Below are positions 56,180 to 64,000 of a DNA stretch of 64,000 nt, piece by piece. The stretch is from an uncultured Elusimicrobia bacterium (GTDB lineage: Bacteria > Elusimicrobiota > Elusimicrobia > UBA1565 > UBA9628), in the NCBI GenBank assembly GCA_964510095.1, contig CAZEAE010000015.1, positions 33-64,032 on the forward strand, read 5' to 3'. The first letter of the stretch is position 1, and every line of letters starts with the position of its first letter. The notes beneath the pieces were generated by a model, which was not told the origin of the DNA, made no database searches, and worked only from the letters and a program-made list of their open reading frames with translations. A program made the position numbers and the translations under genes.

Positions 56180-57601
56180 ATGAACGGAGAAACAAAGCGG
56201 CTCGACCGCCGGTTCGCCGTCTATCCTCTCGGCCTGCTCCTCTTCGGAGCGGCGCTGTGGCTCATACTCTCGGTCGGCACGGCCGGACAGCCGGACCTGT
56301 CCGCTCCGGCCGCCGCCGCGACCGCGGCTCCAAGCAGCTTGAGCGCGGAGCTGTATAAGAACCCGCGCAGCCCGCTCGGTGTTTTACTGCTTCAGATCCT
56401 GGTCATCATCGCCCTCACCCGCTGCTGCGCGAAAGTCATGCGGAAATTCAGCCAGCCCGAGGTCATCGGCGAAGTCATCGGCGGGATACTCCTAGGCCCC
56501 TCCGTGCTGGGCTATCTCTGGCCCGCCGCCGGGATCTTGCTGTTTCCGCCGGCTTCCCTGGCGAATCTGGGCCTATTGAGCCAGATCGGATTGATCGTCT
56601 TCATGTTCGTCGTCGGGATGGAGCTGGACACCGATGTCCTGGCGAAAAAGGCGCATTCGGCCGTGCTGATATCCCATGCGAGCATCATCCTGCCCTTCCT
56701 GCTCGGCTCGCTGCTGGCGCTCGCCCTTTATAAAAGTCACGCCCCGGCCGGAGTCCCCTTCACGCCGTTCTGCCTTTTCATGGGCATCGCGATGAGCATC
56801 ACGGCGTTCCCCGTCTTGGCCAGGATCCTCCAAGAGCGCGGCATGAGCCGCTCCCCCCTAGGGACCGTCGCGCTCACCTGTGCGGCGGTCGACGACTTGA
56901 CCGCCTGGTGCGCGCTGGCCGTGGTGGCGGCCGTCTCACGGCAGGGCACGCTCGCCGACTCCATGATCGCGGCCGCGCTCTGCGGCCTGCACATCGCGGC
57001 GATGCTCTTCGTGGTCCGGCCCGCGCTGGGCCGATGGCTGGAGGGGCGCGCCGCCGAGGAGTCTCGCGGCAAGGGGGCCGTCGCGGCCGTCTTGTTCACG
57101 GCGTTCTTCTCCGCTTTCATGACGGAGGCCATCGGGATCCACGCGCTCTTCGGAGCCTTTCTGGCGGGCATCGTCATACCCAAGAAGACGGCCTTCCGCG
57201 AGGCTCTCGCGGTGCGCCTCGAGAGCTTCAGCACGATCATCCTGCTGCCGCTCTTCTTCGCCCTCAGCGGCCTTCGCACCCAGATCAGCCTGCTCGACGA
57301 TCGGGCCTCGTGGGTCCTCTGCGGAGTCGTCATCCTCGTGGCGATCACCGGGAAGCTCGTGGGCAGCGCCGCCGCGGCGCGCTGGTCCGGCTCATCGTGG
57401 CGCGAGTCGCTGGCGATCGGAGCGTTGATGAACACGCGAGGGCTCGTCGAGCTCGTCGCCCTCAACATCGGCTACGACCTCGGCATCATCAGCCCGGCGA
57501 TATTCACGATGATGGTCCTCATGGCGCTGGCCACGACGCTGATGACGGGCCCCTTGCTGAGCCTCCTCGTGCCGGACGCGCGTCCCAAGGTTTCCCGCTA
57601 G
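56180..57601 (+). CDS. Cation:proton antiporter (CPA2 family)
   Basis: QPEVIGEVIGGILLGPS, SITAFPVLARIL, AAVDD and MNTRGLVEL motifs. Confidence 0.93.
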   Translation: MNGETKRLDRRFAVYPLGLLLFGAALWLILSVGTAGQPDLSAPAAAATAAPSSLSAELYKNPRSPLGVLLLQILVIIALTRCCAKVMRKFSQPEVIGEVIGGILLGPSVLGYLWPAAGILLFPPASLANLGLLSQIGLIVFMFVVGMELDTDVLAKKAHSAVLISHASIILPFLLGSLLALALYKSHAPAGVPFTPFCLFMGIAMSITAFPVLARILQERGMSRSPLGTVALTCAAVDDLTAWCALAVVAAVSRQGTLADSMIAAALCGLHIAAMLFVVRPALGRWLEGRAAEESRGKGAVAAVLFTAFFSAFMTEAIGIHALFGAFLAGIVIPKKTAFREALAVRLESFSTIILLPLFFALSGLRTQISLLDDRASWVLCGVVILVAITGKLVGSAAAARWSGSSWRESLAIGALMNTRGLVELVALNIGYDLGIISPAIFTMMVLMALATTLMTGPLLSLLVPDARPKVSR

Positions 57602-57657
57602 GCCAGCCCCAGTTGGCCCCCAGGCCCAGGTCCTTCCGCCTCCCTGGACCTAGGTCC
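57601..57657. promoter_or_regulatory. GG(N)CC-pair motif cluster E
   Basis: ggcc, ggcccc, ggcccaggtcc and the perfect palindrome ggacctaggtcc (57646-57657). Confidence 0.45.
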
Positions 57658-57722
57658 TTTAATCACGTCTTTTTTCCCTTTAGACCCTCGGTGCCGCTCC
57701 GCCCGCCTAGTATACTGAGGGC

Positions 57723-58064
57723 ATGAAGAACAAGCTTATGGCCTCCCTCCTCCTCCTTCTGCCCATCACCTCCTCGGCGCAGCCCCTCCCCATGGGCCCC
57801 GCCCTCCGCGCTTTAGCCAAAGCTCCCGTCAAACGCACCACCGTCAAGATCGCCCCCGCGAAGGCCCCCACGCAGGAGTCCCCCGACATCGACGCCGGCT
57901 CCAGCTACAACTATTTTCACATGATGGCCGAGACCAACCCCTCCGAGCCCACCCTCGTCACCATGCGCGACGCCGTCCTCGACCCCAAGCCCCCCAAGAA
58001 AGACGCCAAGAAGCCCGTCAAAAAGGCCGAGACGCCCGCCGCCCCCGTCGTCCCCGCCCCCTAA
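57723..58064 (+). CDS. Small secreted hypothetical protein (Pro/Lys-rich)
   Basis: Signal peptide MKNKLMASLLLLLPITSSA; strong high-GC codon bias; TATACT 6 nt upstream. Confidence 0.7.
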   Translation: MKNKLMASLLLLLPITSSAQPLPMGPALRALAKAPVKRTTVKIAPAKAPTQESPDIDAGSSYNYFHMMAETNPSEPTLVTMRDAVLDPKPPKKDAKKPVKKAETPAAPVVPAP

Positions 58065-58072
58065 AGCGCCTG

Positions 58073-58086
58073 TTGACCTGGGTCAA
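58073..58086 (+). promoter_or_regulatory. TTGAC-N4-GTCAA palindrome (CRP/FNR-family-like box)
   Basis: ttgacctgggtcaa is centred about 42 bp upstream of ATG 58122; TATAAT at 58110-58115. Confidence 0.5.
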
Positions 58087-58121
58087 TAGCGTGGCCCCCT
58101 GTCATTTTGTATAATCCCCCT

Positions 58122-59102
58122 ATGGATAAAAACGCTCCCGGCGCTTTCCGAGATTCCGGTCGATGGGCCGTCATCCTCGGAGGCTCCTCCGGCTTCGGGC
58201 TGGCCACCGCCAAGCGCCTGGCCAAGGCCGGCATGAACATCCTCATCGGCCACAAGGATAAGGAAAGCACCGTCGAGACCGTCATCGCCCCCCACTTCGA
58301 CGAGATCCGCGCCTGCGGCGTCAAGCTCGTCACCCACAACGTCAATCTCTTCGACGAAGACGGCCGCGGAGAGGTCTTCGAAAGCATCGCCGCCAATGCC
58401 GGCAAGGGCAACGTCCACCTCTTCATGCACTCCGTCGCCGCCGGCGCCTGCAAGCTCCTGGCCGAGGACAAGACCCCGGATTTCCGCGGCATGGCCGTCA
58501 AGGGCTTGGCCGAGGTCCTCAAAGCCCAAGGCGTCGCCGTCGAGCCCGCCGCCCTCAAGCAAGCCATCAACACCGCCTTCCACGACAAGGGCTGCGACGC
58601 CCTCTACACCTTGGCCGACAGCAAGATCCCCTACAAGGAGACCTTGCTCGCCGAGGAAGACCTCCAGAAGACCATCTACATGATGGGCTACGACTACCTC
58701 CTCTGGGGCCGCGAGCTTTTGACCGAGGGACTGCTGACCAAGGACCCGCGCATGGTGGCCATGACCTCCGAGGGCAACGAGATCGCCTGGAAGGGCTATG
58801 CCGCCGTCTCCGCCGCCAAGTGCGCGCTGGAAGCCTCCTGCCGCGCCATGGCCGTGGAGCTGGCGCCCTACGGGGTCCGCTCCTATGTGGTGCAAGCCGG
58901 CATCACCGACACCCCCGCCGGCAACGGCATCCCCAACTTCGACCTCATGAAGGCCCAAGCCCGCCTGCGCAACCCCTACCATCGCCTCACCACGCCCGAG
59001 GACGTCGCCGAGGCCATCCATGGGCTCTGCCTGCCCGGCTTCTCCTGGGCCAACGGGACCATCATCCGCGTCGACGGCGGCGAAGCCATCTCCGGCCTCT
59101 GA
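58122..59102 (+). CDS. Enoyl-ACP reductase-like SDR (FabI/FabL type) with internal insertion
   Basis: GGSSGFG, the Yx6K motif YAAVSAAK, and IRVDGGE. Confidence 0.8.
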   Translation: MDKNAPGAFRDSGRWAVILGGSSGFGLATAKRLAKAGMNILIGHKDKESTVETVIAPHFDEIRACGVKLVTHNVNLFDEDGRGEVFESIAANAGKGNVHLFMHSVAAGACKLLAEDKTPDFRGMAVKGLAEVLKAQGVAVEPAALKQAINTAFHDKGCDALYTLADSKIPYKETLLAEEDLQKTIYMMGYDYLLWGRELLTEGLLTKDPRMVAMTSEGNEIAWKGYAAVSAAKCALEASCRAMAVELAPYGVRSYVVQAGITDTPAGNGIPNFDLMKAQARLRNPYHRLTTPEDVAEAIHGLCLPGFSWANGTIIRVDGGEAISGL

Positions 59103-60106
59103 TGGGTCTCGAGATCCTCGGGATGGGCTCGGATCTGCCCACCTTCGAGCTCAGCAACAAGTTCCTGCATGAGCAAGTCGGCCTCGAGCGCGGCCCCGAC
59201 TGGGTCGATTCGCGCCTGGGGATCCAGACGCGCTATTCGGTGCTGAGCCCCGAATATCTGGTCCGGACCAAGAACAAGAACACGGCCCATGCCGTCGCCC
59301 ATGCCCGGTCCAACAACCAGACCCCCGTCACCTTGGGCGTGGGCGCCGCCAAAAAGGCCCTGGCCAGCGCCGGAGTCCGCGCCGACCAGATCGGCTGGGT
59401 GATCGCCAGCAACGATACTCCTTATGAGACCGTCCCCAACACCGCCACCTTGATCGCCCAGCGCTTGGGGATCGGCACGGGGCCCCACTGCGACGTCAAC
59501 TGCGCCTGCTCCAGCTTCGCCCGCCACATGCAGCTCTTGGCTGACAGTAAGGAGGAACGCCTGCCCGAGTTCATCCTCTGCGTGCAGACCAGCACCTACA
59601 CCATCGTCACCGACTACACCGCCAAGAGCATCGACGGCTACATCCTGGGAGACGGCGCCGCCGCCCAGGTCTGCTCCACGCGCCATCAGGGCCGCCTGAA
59701 AGTCGAACCTCTGATCTACGAGAGCCAGCCGGCCAGCGCCGACGACATCACCCTGGACAGCCTCGACCACTTCCGCCAGGACGGCGCCGCCGTGCGCGAG
59801 TTCTCCATCCGCAAGACCTGCGAGATGTACGAGAGCATCGCCGCGCAGAAGGGCCTCTACGCCGAGAAGGTCTACACCGTGGCCCACCAGGCCAACTACG
59901 TCATGCAGGACTCGATCCTGGGGCACCTCAATCTCCCCCAAGACCGCCACCTGCGCAACGTGCAGTCCCAGGGCAACATCGCCGCCGCCGGCTGCCCGTC
60001 GGTCATCAGCCAATCGCTGGAGAAGTTCCACAAAGGCGACCAGCTCGTCTATGCCGTCTTGGGCGCCGGCCTGGCCTGGGGCGGCGGCTACATGGAGGCC
60101 CGCTAG
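59102..60106 (+). CDS. Beta-ketoacyl-ACP synthase III-like protein, copy 1
   Basis: Cys-His-Asn triad: NCACSSF, AHQAN, QGNIAAAG; also GDGAAA and GAGLAWGG. Confidence 0.88.
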   Translation: MGLEILGMGSDLPTFELSNKFLHEQVGLERGPDWVDSRLGIQTRYSVLSPEYLVRTKNKNTAHAVAHARSNNQTPVTLGVGAAKKALASAGVRADQIGWVIASNDTPYETVPNTATLIAQRLGIGTGPHCDVNCACSSFARHMQLLADSKEERLPEFILCVQTSTYTIVTDYTAKSIDGYILGDGAAAQVCSTRHQGRLKVEPLIYESQPASADDITLDSLDHFRQDGAAVREFSIRKTCEMYESIAAQKGLYAEKVYTVAHQANYVMQDSILGHLNLPQDRHLRNVQSQGNIAAAGCPSVISQSLEKFHKGDQLVYAVLGAGLAWGGGYMEAR

Positions 60107-60107
60107 C

Positions 60108-61109
60108 ATGCTCTGCATCCTGGGCATGGGCTGGCAGCTGCCGCAGACCGAGCTCGACAACGACTTCCTGCACAAGGAAGTCGGCCTGGAAAAGGGCCAG
60201 GATTGGGTGGACTCCCGACTGGGCATCCAGCGGCGCTACTCGGTCCTGTCGAAGGAATACATCGTCAAGACCAAGAACAAGAAGCCGTCCGACGCCATGG
60301 CCTTCGCCCGCGCCCGCGGCGAGACCCCGGTCAGCCTCGGGGTCAAAGCCGCCCGCAAGGCGCTCAAGATGGCCGGCGTCCTGCCCGAGCAGGTCGGCTG
60401 GGTCATCGCCAACAACGACACCCCTTTCGAGACGATCCCCTCGACGGCCAGCTTCATCGCCAAGGAGCTGGGCATCGGCACCGGCGCGCACTGCGACATC
60501 AACAGCGCCTGTTCGAGCTTCGCCCGGCACATGAAGACCCTGGGCGACATGAAGGATACGGCCATCCCGGAGTTCGTCCTCTGCGTGCAGTCCAGCGCCT
60601 ACACGGTGCGCACCGATTACTCGGCCAAGTGCATCGACGGCTACATCTGGGGCGACGGCGCCTGCGCCGAGGTCCTGTCGACCCGCCACAAGGGCCTGCT
60701 GTCCGTCGAGCCGCTGGTCTTCGAGAGCAGCCCGTCGGGCGCCGACGACATCTACATCGACTCCTGCGGCCATTTCGTGCAGAACGGCGGCGCCGTCCGC
60801 GAGTTCTCCATCCGCAAGACCTGCGAGATGTATGAGACCATCGCCCACATCAAAGGCCTCTACGCCGAGAAGGTCTACACGGTGGCGCATCAGGCCAATT
60901 TCGTCATGCAGGACTCGATCCTGGGCCATCTCCATCTTCCGAAAGAGCGGCATCTGCGCAACGTCCAGAATCAGGGCAACATCGCGGCGGCGGGCTGCCC
61001 GTCGGCGATCGCGCAGAATCTCGGGCGCTTGAAAAAAGGCGACCAGCTGGTCTATGCGGTGTTGGGGTCCGGGCTGGCTTGGGGCGGCGGGTATATGGAG
61101 GTTCTTTGA
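60108..61109 (+). CDS. Beta-ketoacyl-ACP synthase III-like protein, copy 2
   Basis: NSACSSF, AHQAN, QGNIAAAG and GSGLAWGG; colinear paralog of copy 1. Confidence 0.88.
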   Translation: MLCILGMGWQLPQTELDNDFLHKEVGLEKGQDWVDSRLGIQRRYSVLSKEYIVKTKNKKPSDAMAFARARGETPVSLGVKAARKALKMAGVLPEQVGWVIANNDTPFETIPSTASFIAKELGIGTGAHCDINSACSSFARHMKTLGDMKDTAIPEFVLCVQSSAYTVRTDYSAKCIDGYIWGDGACAEVLSTRHKGLLSVEPLVFESSPSGADDIYIDSCGHFVQNGGAVREFSIRKTCEMYETIAHIKGLYAEKVYTVAHQANFVMQDSILGHLHLPKERHLRNVQNQGNIAAAGCPSAIAQNLGRLKKGDQLVYAVLGSGLAWGGGYMEVL

Positions 61110-61139
61110 TCCCTCGCTGGTTCCGGGACGGACGAAATA

Positions 61140-61191
61140 GCGTTTCCAGGTATTTCACTTCCCACGCTGCAAGTGAAATGCCTGGAAACGC
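61140..61191. repeat. 21-bp inverted repeat (long hairpin) in the intercistronic spacer
   Basis: gcgtttccaggtatttcactt-N10-aagtgaaatgcctggaaacgc, with one G-T pair. Confidence 0.85.
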
Positions 61192-61235
61192 AATCTGGTT
61201 TTGTAGGATGAACGCGATCGAGGAGCCCAGGTAAC

Positions 61236-61964
61236 ATGTCAAAAGACATCGCCGTCGTGACCGGAGCGTCTGGGGGAATAGGGCGCGCCGTCGCGCTCAT
61301 GATCCATGCCAAGAGCGACGGCGCGTTGCGCCTCGGCCTTCACTATAACGGCAACCAGTCAGCGGCCGAGGCGCTTTCAAAAGAAATACCGGGATCATTT
61401 ATCGTTAAAGCGAATCTTTCAACAACGGAAGGGCGGAAAGTTTTATTGGACAATGTCCTCAAAGAGGGCAATCCCTACGTCTTGGTCAACAACGCGGGCG
61501 TCGACAAGCCCCACGAGCCCGCCCTGCTCATCCAGGAAGAGTCCTTTGATGCCTTGATCGACACCAACCTCAAAGGGCCGGCCTTCTTGATGAAGTCCTT
61601 CGGCCGCGAGATGATGCGCAACGAAGCCGGCGTCATCGTCAACGTCAGCTCGGTCCTGGCGCGCAAGACCGTCGTGGGCTCGGCGCTCTACCGCGCCTCC
61701 AAGGCGGCGCTTGAAGCGCTGACCAAGCAGTTCGCCTTCGAACTCGGCGGCGGCGGCGTGCGCGTGAATGCCGTCTCCCCTGGCTTCATCGAGACGTCCA
61801 TGACGGCGGGCATCGAAGGCGGCGTGCGCGACAAGATCATGCCGCAGATCGCCTTGGCCCGCTTCGGCAGCGCCGAAGCCGTGGCCGAGACCGTCTGGCA
61901 CCTCATCGAGAGCGATTACATCAACGGAGCCGTCGTTGCCGTCGACGGAGGCATGAACCTATGA
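61236..61964 (+). CDS. fabG: 3-oxoacyl-ACP reductase-like SDR
   Basis: TGASGGIG, VNNAG, YRASK and VNAVSPGFIET motifs. Confidence 0.85.
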   Translation: MSKDIAVVTGASGGIGRAVALMIHAKSDGALRLGLHYNGNQSAAEALSKEIPGSFIVKANLSTTEGRKVLLDNVLKEGNPYVLVNNAGVDKPHEPALLIQEESFDALIDTNLKGPAFLMKSFGREMMRNEAGVIVNVSSVLARKTVVGSALYRASKAALEALTKQFAFELGGGGVRVNAVSPGFIETSMTAGIEGGVRDKIMPQIALARFGSAEAVAETVWHLIESDYINGAVVAVDGGMNL

Positions 61965-62461
61965 CCGAAAGGAAAGCCCTCACGCCCGAAGAAGTCCTGG
62001 CCCGAGTGCCGCAGCAGCGGCCCATGCGCTTCATCGACGACATCATCGAGCTCGACGAGGAGCACATCGTCGCCACCTACACCTGGAAGGACGAGGACTG
62101 CGCCGGACACTTCCCCGGCAACCCCGTCGTGCCCGGCGTCAAGCTCATCGAGATGGCCGCCCAGGTCGGCAACGTCGCCTGGTGCATCTACCACATGGCG
62201 GCCAAGAACACCGGCGCCGAGATGCTGGCCCTGGTCGGCTTCTTCACCGAGATCGAGAAGGGGTCTTTCAAGAAGATGGTCCGCCCCGGCGACAAGGTCG
62301 CCTGCCTGGCCCAGTTCGGCGCCGAAGGCTTCTACCGCAACAACAAGATCGTCGCCGAAGTCGAGATCCAGTTCGACGGCGGCCCCAAGGACGGCGTCAC
62401 CGTCTTCACGGGGCGCACGTCGGGCATGTGGGTGCCCAAGGGAACGGAGGACAAGCAATGA
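61961..62461 (+). CDS. fabZ: 3-hydroxyacyl-ACP dehydratase (FabZ/FabA hotdog fold)
   Basis: PQQRPMRFID, GHFPGNPVVPGVKLIEMAAQ and F.K.VRPGD motifs. Confidence 0.88.
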   Translation: MTERKALTPEEVLARVPQQRPMRFIDDIIELDEEHIVATYTWKDEDCAGHFPGNPVVPGVKLIEMAAQVGNVAWCIYHMAAKNTGAEMLALVGFFTEIEKGSFKKMVRPGDKVACLAQFGAEGFYRNNKIVAEVEIQFDGGPKDGVTVFTGRTSGMWVPKGTEDKQ

Positions 62462-63771
62462 GCCGTCGAAGAGTCGTCGTCACCGGAGTCGGCGCGATCG
62501 CGCCCAACGGCATCGGCATGGCCGCTTACCGTCAAGCCCTCAAGGCCGGCAAGTCCGGCATCACCTGGCACGAGCCGCTCAAGAAGCTCAACTTCGCCTC
62601 CCAGATCGGAGGCACCCCCCCCATCGAGGTCGACGACATCCTCAAGACCATCCCCGAGACCGATTTCAACAAGCTCAACGAGGCCATGGTCTACTCCACC
62701 CTGGCCGCCGTCGAATGCGCCCGCTCCTCCGGCGTCGAGATCGATCTGCTCAAAGGCTACTCGCAAAGCCCCGTCGACTGGGACTCCGGCGCCTTCATCG
62801 GCTGCGGCATCGGCGGCATGGACACCCTGTTCGAGGAGCTCGGGCCCGTCATGGCCGACGCCGAGTCGCAGGACCCCGGCCGCGGCACCGCCGCCATGGG
62901 CACCGACATCGTCCCCAAGGTCATGGGCAGCTCCGTCAGCGTCGCCGTCGGCAAGTTCTTAGGCCTGGGCGGGCAGACCTGCACCAACAGCTCCGCCTGC
63001 AACACCGGCACCGAGGCCATCTTCGAGGGCTTCAAGAACATCCAGCTCGGCTTCGCGGAATCGATGTACGTCGGGGGCGCCGAAGGCTCCCACTACGGCA
63101 CCTGGGCCGGCTTCGACGCCATGCGAGACGTCCTTTGTTCGAAGTTCAACGACATGCCCGAGAAAGGCTCCCAGCCCATGGGCGCCGGCGCCTGCGGCTT
63201 CGTGCCCGGCTCGGGCGCCGCCGTGCTGCGCATCGAGTCCCTGGAGTCCGCCCAGAAGCGCGGCGCCAAGATCCTCTGCGAGCTCGTCGCCGCCTACTGC
63301 AACTCCGGCGGCCAGCGCGACGGCGGCACGATGACCTTCCCGAACGCCGAAGGCGTGGCCCGCTGCATCCGCAGGGTCATCAAGGACTCCGGCATCTCGC
63401 CCTCCGAGATATCCCTCATAAACGGTCATCTGACCTCCACCACGGCCGACCCCCGGGAAGTGGGAAGCTGGATCAAGGCCCTCGAGCTGCCCTTGGACAA
63501 GTTCCCCAGGATCCAGTCCACCAAGTCCATGATCGGCCACACCCTCGGCGCCGCCGGCGCCCTGGAGTCGGCGGCCGTCGTCGACCAGCTGTCGGCGGGC
63601 TACATCCACCCCTCCATCAACTCGGAGAACGTCCACCCCGAGATCCGCAAAGTGGAGGCCAGCATCCCCCACGCCCTGGAGGAACGCCCTCTCGAATATG
63701 TTATAAAAGCCTCGTTCGGCTTCGGAGACGTCAACGGCTGCCTGCTCTTCAGGCGCTGGAACGGCAAATAA
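62458..63771 (+). CDS. fabF: Beta-ketoacyl-ACP synthase II
   Basis: RRVVVTGVG, SSACNTG, INGHLTST, KSMIGHTLGAAG and SFGFG motifs. Confidence 0.92.
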   Translation: MSRRRVVVTGVGAIAPNGIGMAAYRQALKAGKSGITWHEPLKKLNFASQIGGTPPIEVDDILKTIPETDFNKLNEAMVYSTLAAVECARSSGVEIDLLKGYSQSPVDWDSGAFIGCGIGGMDTLFEELGPVMADAESQDPGRGTAAMGTDIVPKVMGSSVSVAVGKFLGLGGQTCTNSSACNTGTEAIFEGFKNIQLGFAESMYVGGAEGSHYGTWAGFDAMRDVLCSKFNDMPEKGSQPMGAGACGFVPGSGAAVLRIESLESAQKRGAKILCELVAAYCNSGGQRDGGTMTFPNAEGVARCIRRVIKDSGISPSEISLINGHLTSTTADPREVGSWIKALELPLDKFPRIQSTKSMIGHTLGAAGALESAAVVDQLSAGYIHPSINSENVHPEIRKVEASIPHALEERPLEYVIKASFGFGDVNGCLLFRRWNGK

Positions 63772-63784
63772 GGAGGAAGCACCC

Positions 63785-64000
63785 ATGGCATTCAAGCGCA
63801 AAGAGACGGTCATCGAAGCGACGGACTTGAACGTGATCTCCCCGGAAGAAGCCGAGAGCAAGATCATCGCCGGCGTCAAGAAGTACGCCACCCACGAGGC
63901 GAACTTCTCCAAGGCCGACGCCAACACCCCTTATCTGGGCCACATCGTCGGCATGGGCATCGAATCCTCCAACCTCGCCGACATCACCATGTCCATCGAG
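63785..64000 (+). CDS. Acyl carrier protein-like, 3'-truncated at the window edge
   Basis: AGGAGG SD. The translation ...GMGIESSNLADITMSIE aligns with the ACP pattern G.DSLD.VE..M.LE. It follows fabF. Confidence 0.7.
   Translation, partial: MAFKRKETVIEATDLNVISPEEAESKIIAGVKKYATHEANFSKADANTPYLGHIVGMGIESSNLADITMSIE

Overview
High-GC bacterial chromosomal segment, densely coding, with no rRNA, tRNA, CRISPR array, integrase or transposase visible. The gene style (many orphan signal-peptide proteins with Ala/Pro-rich spacers, a PorV-family barrel next to CTD-bearing cargo) suggests Elusimicrobiota, but this is inference only. Contents in order: (1) a 5'-truncated >2700-aa surface protein (beta-propeller, Ig-like domains, 11 IPT/TIG repeats, ZU5-like domain, T9SS-CTD-like tail) coupled to a PorV-family gene; (2) an aa3-type cytochrome c oxidase operon with ctaA/ctaB, two flanking diheme cytochromes c and two unannotated microproteins; (3) a YyaL/DUF255 tandem pair plus small metal-handling candidates; (4) mixed accessory genes (Pro/Arg-repeat secreted protein, radical SAM, YceI, APC permease, class II aldolase, GT2, redoxin, two diiron ferritin-like proteins, DUF808); (5) a toxin-first AbiE type IV TA module; (6) a Rieske/cytochrome b operon with a pentaheme and a monoheme cytochrome c, then sodC, an exported CbiX-like protein, hemA and ccsA; (7) a block of secreted proteins (7-repeat propeller-like protein, HAD mosaic, subtilisin, and a 1864-aa signal-peptide protein fusing a PPDK-type dikinase to an LMW phosphatase); (8) an RHH-RelE TA pair and a CPA2 antiporter; (9) an atypical type II fatty-acid-synthase cluster running off the window end. 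The most novel signals are the exported dikinase-phosphatase giant, recurring GG(N)CC-pair motif clusters upstream of secreted-protein genes, the CTD/PorV pair, and widespread near-leaderless promoter geometry.
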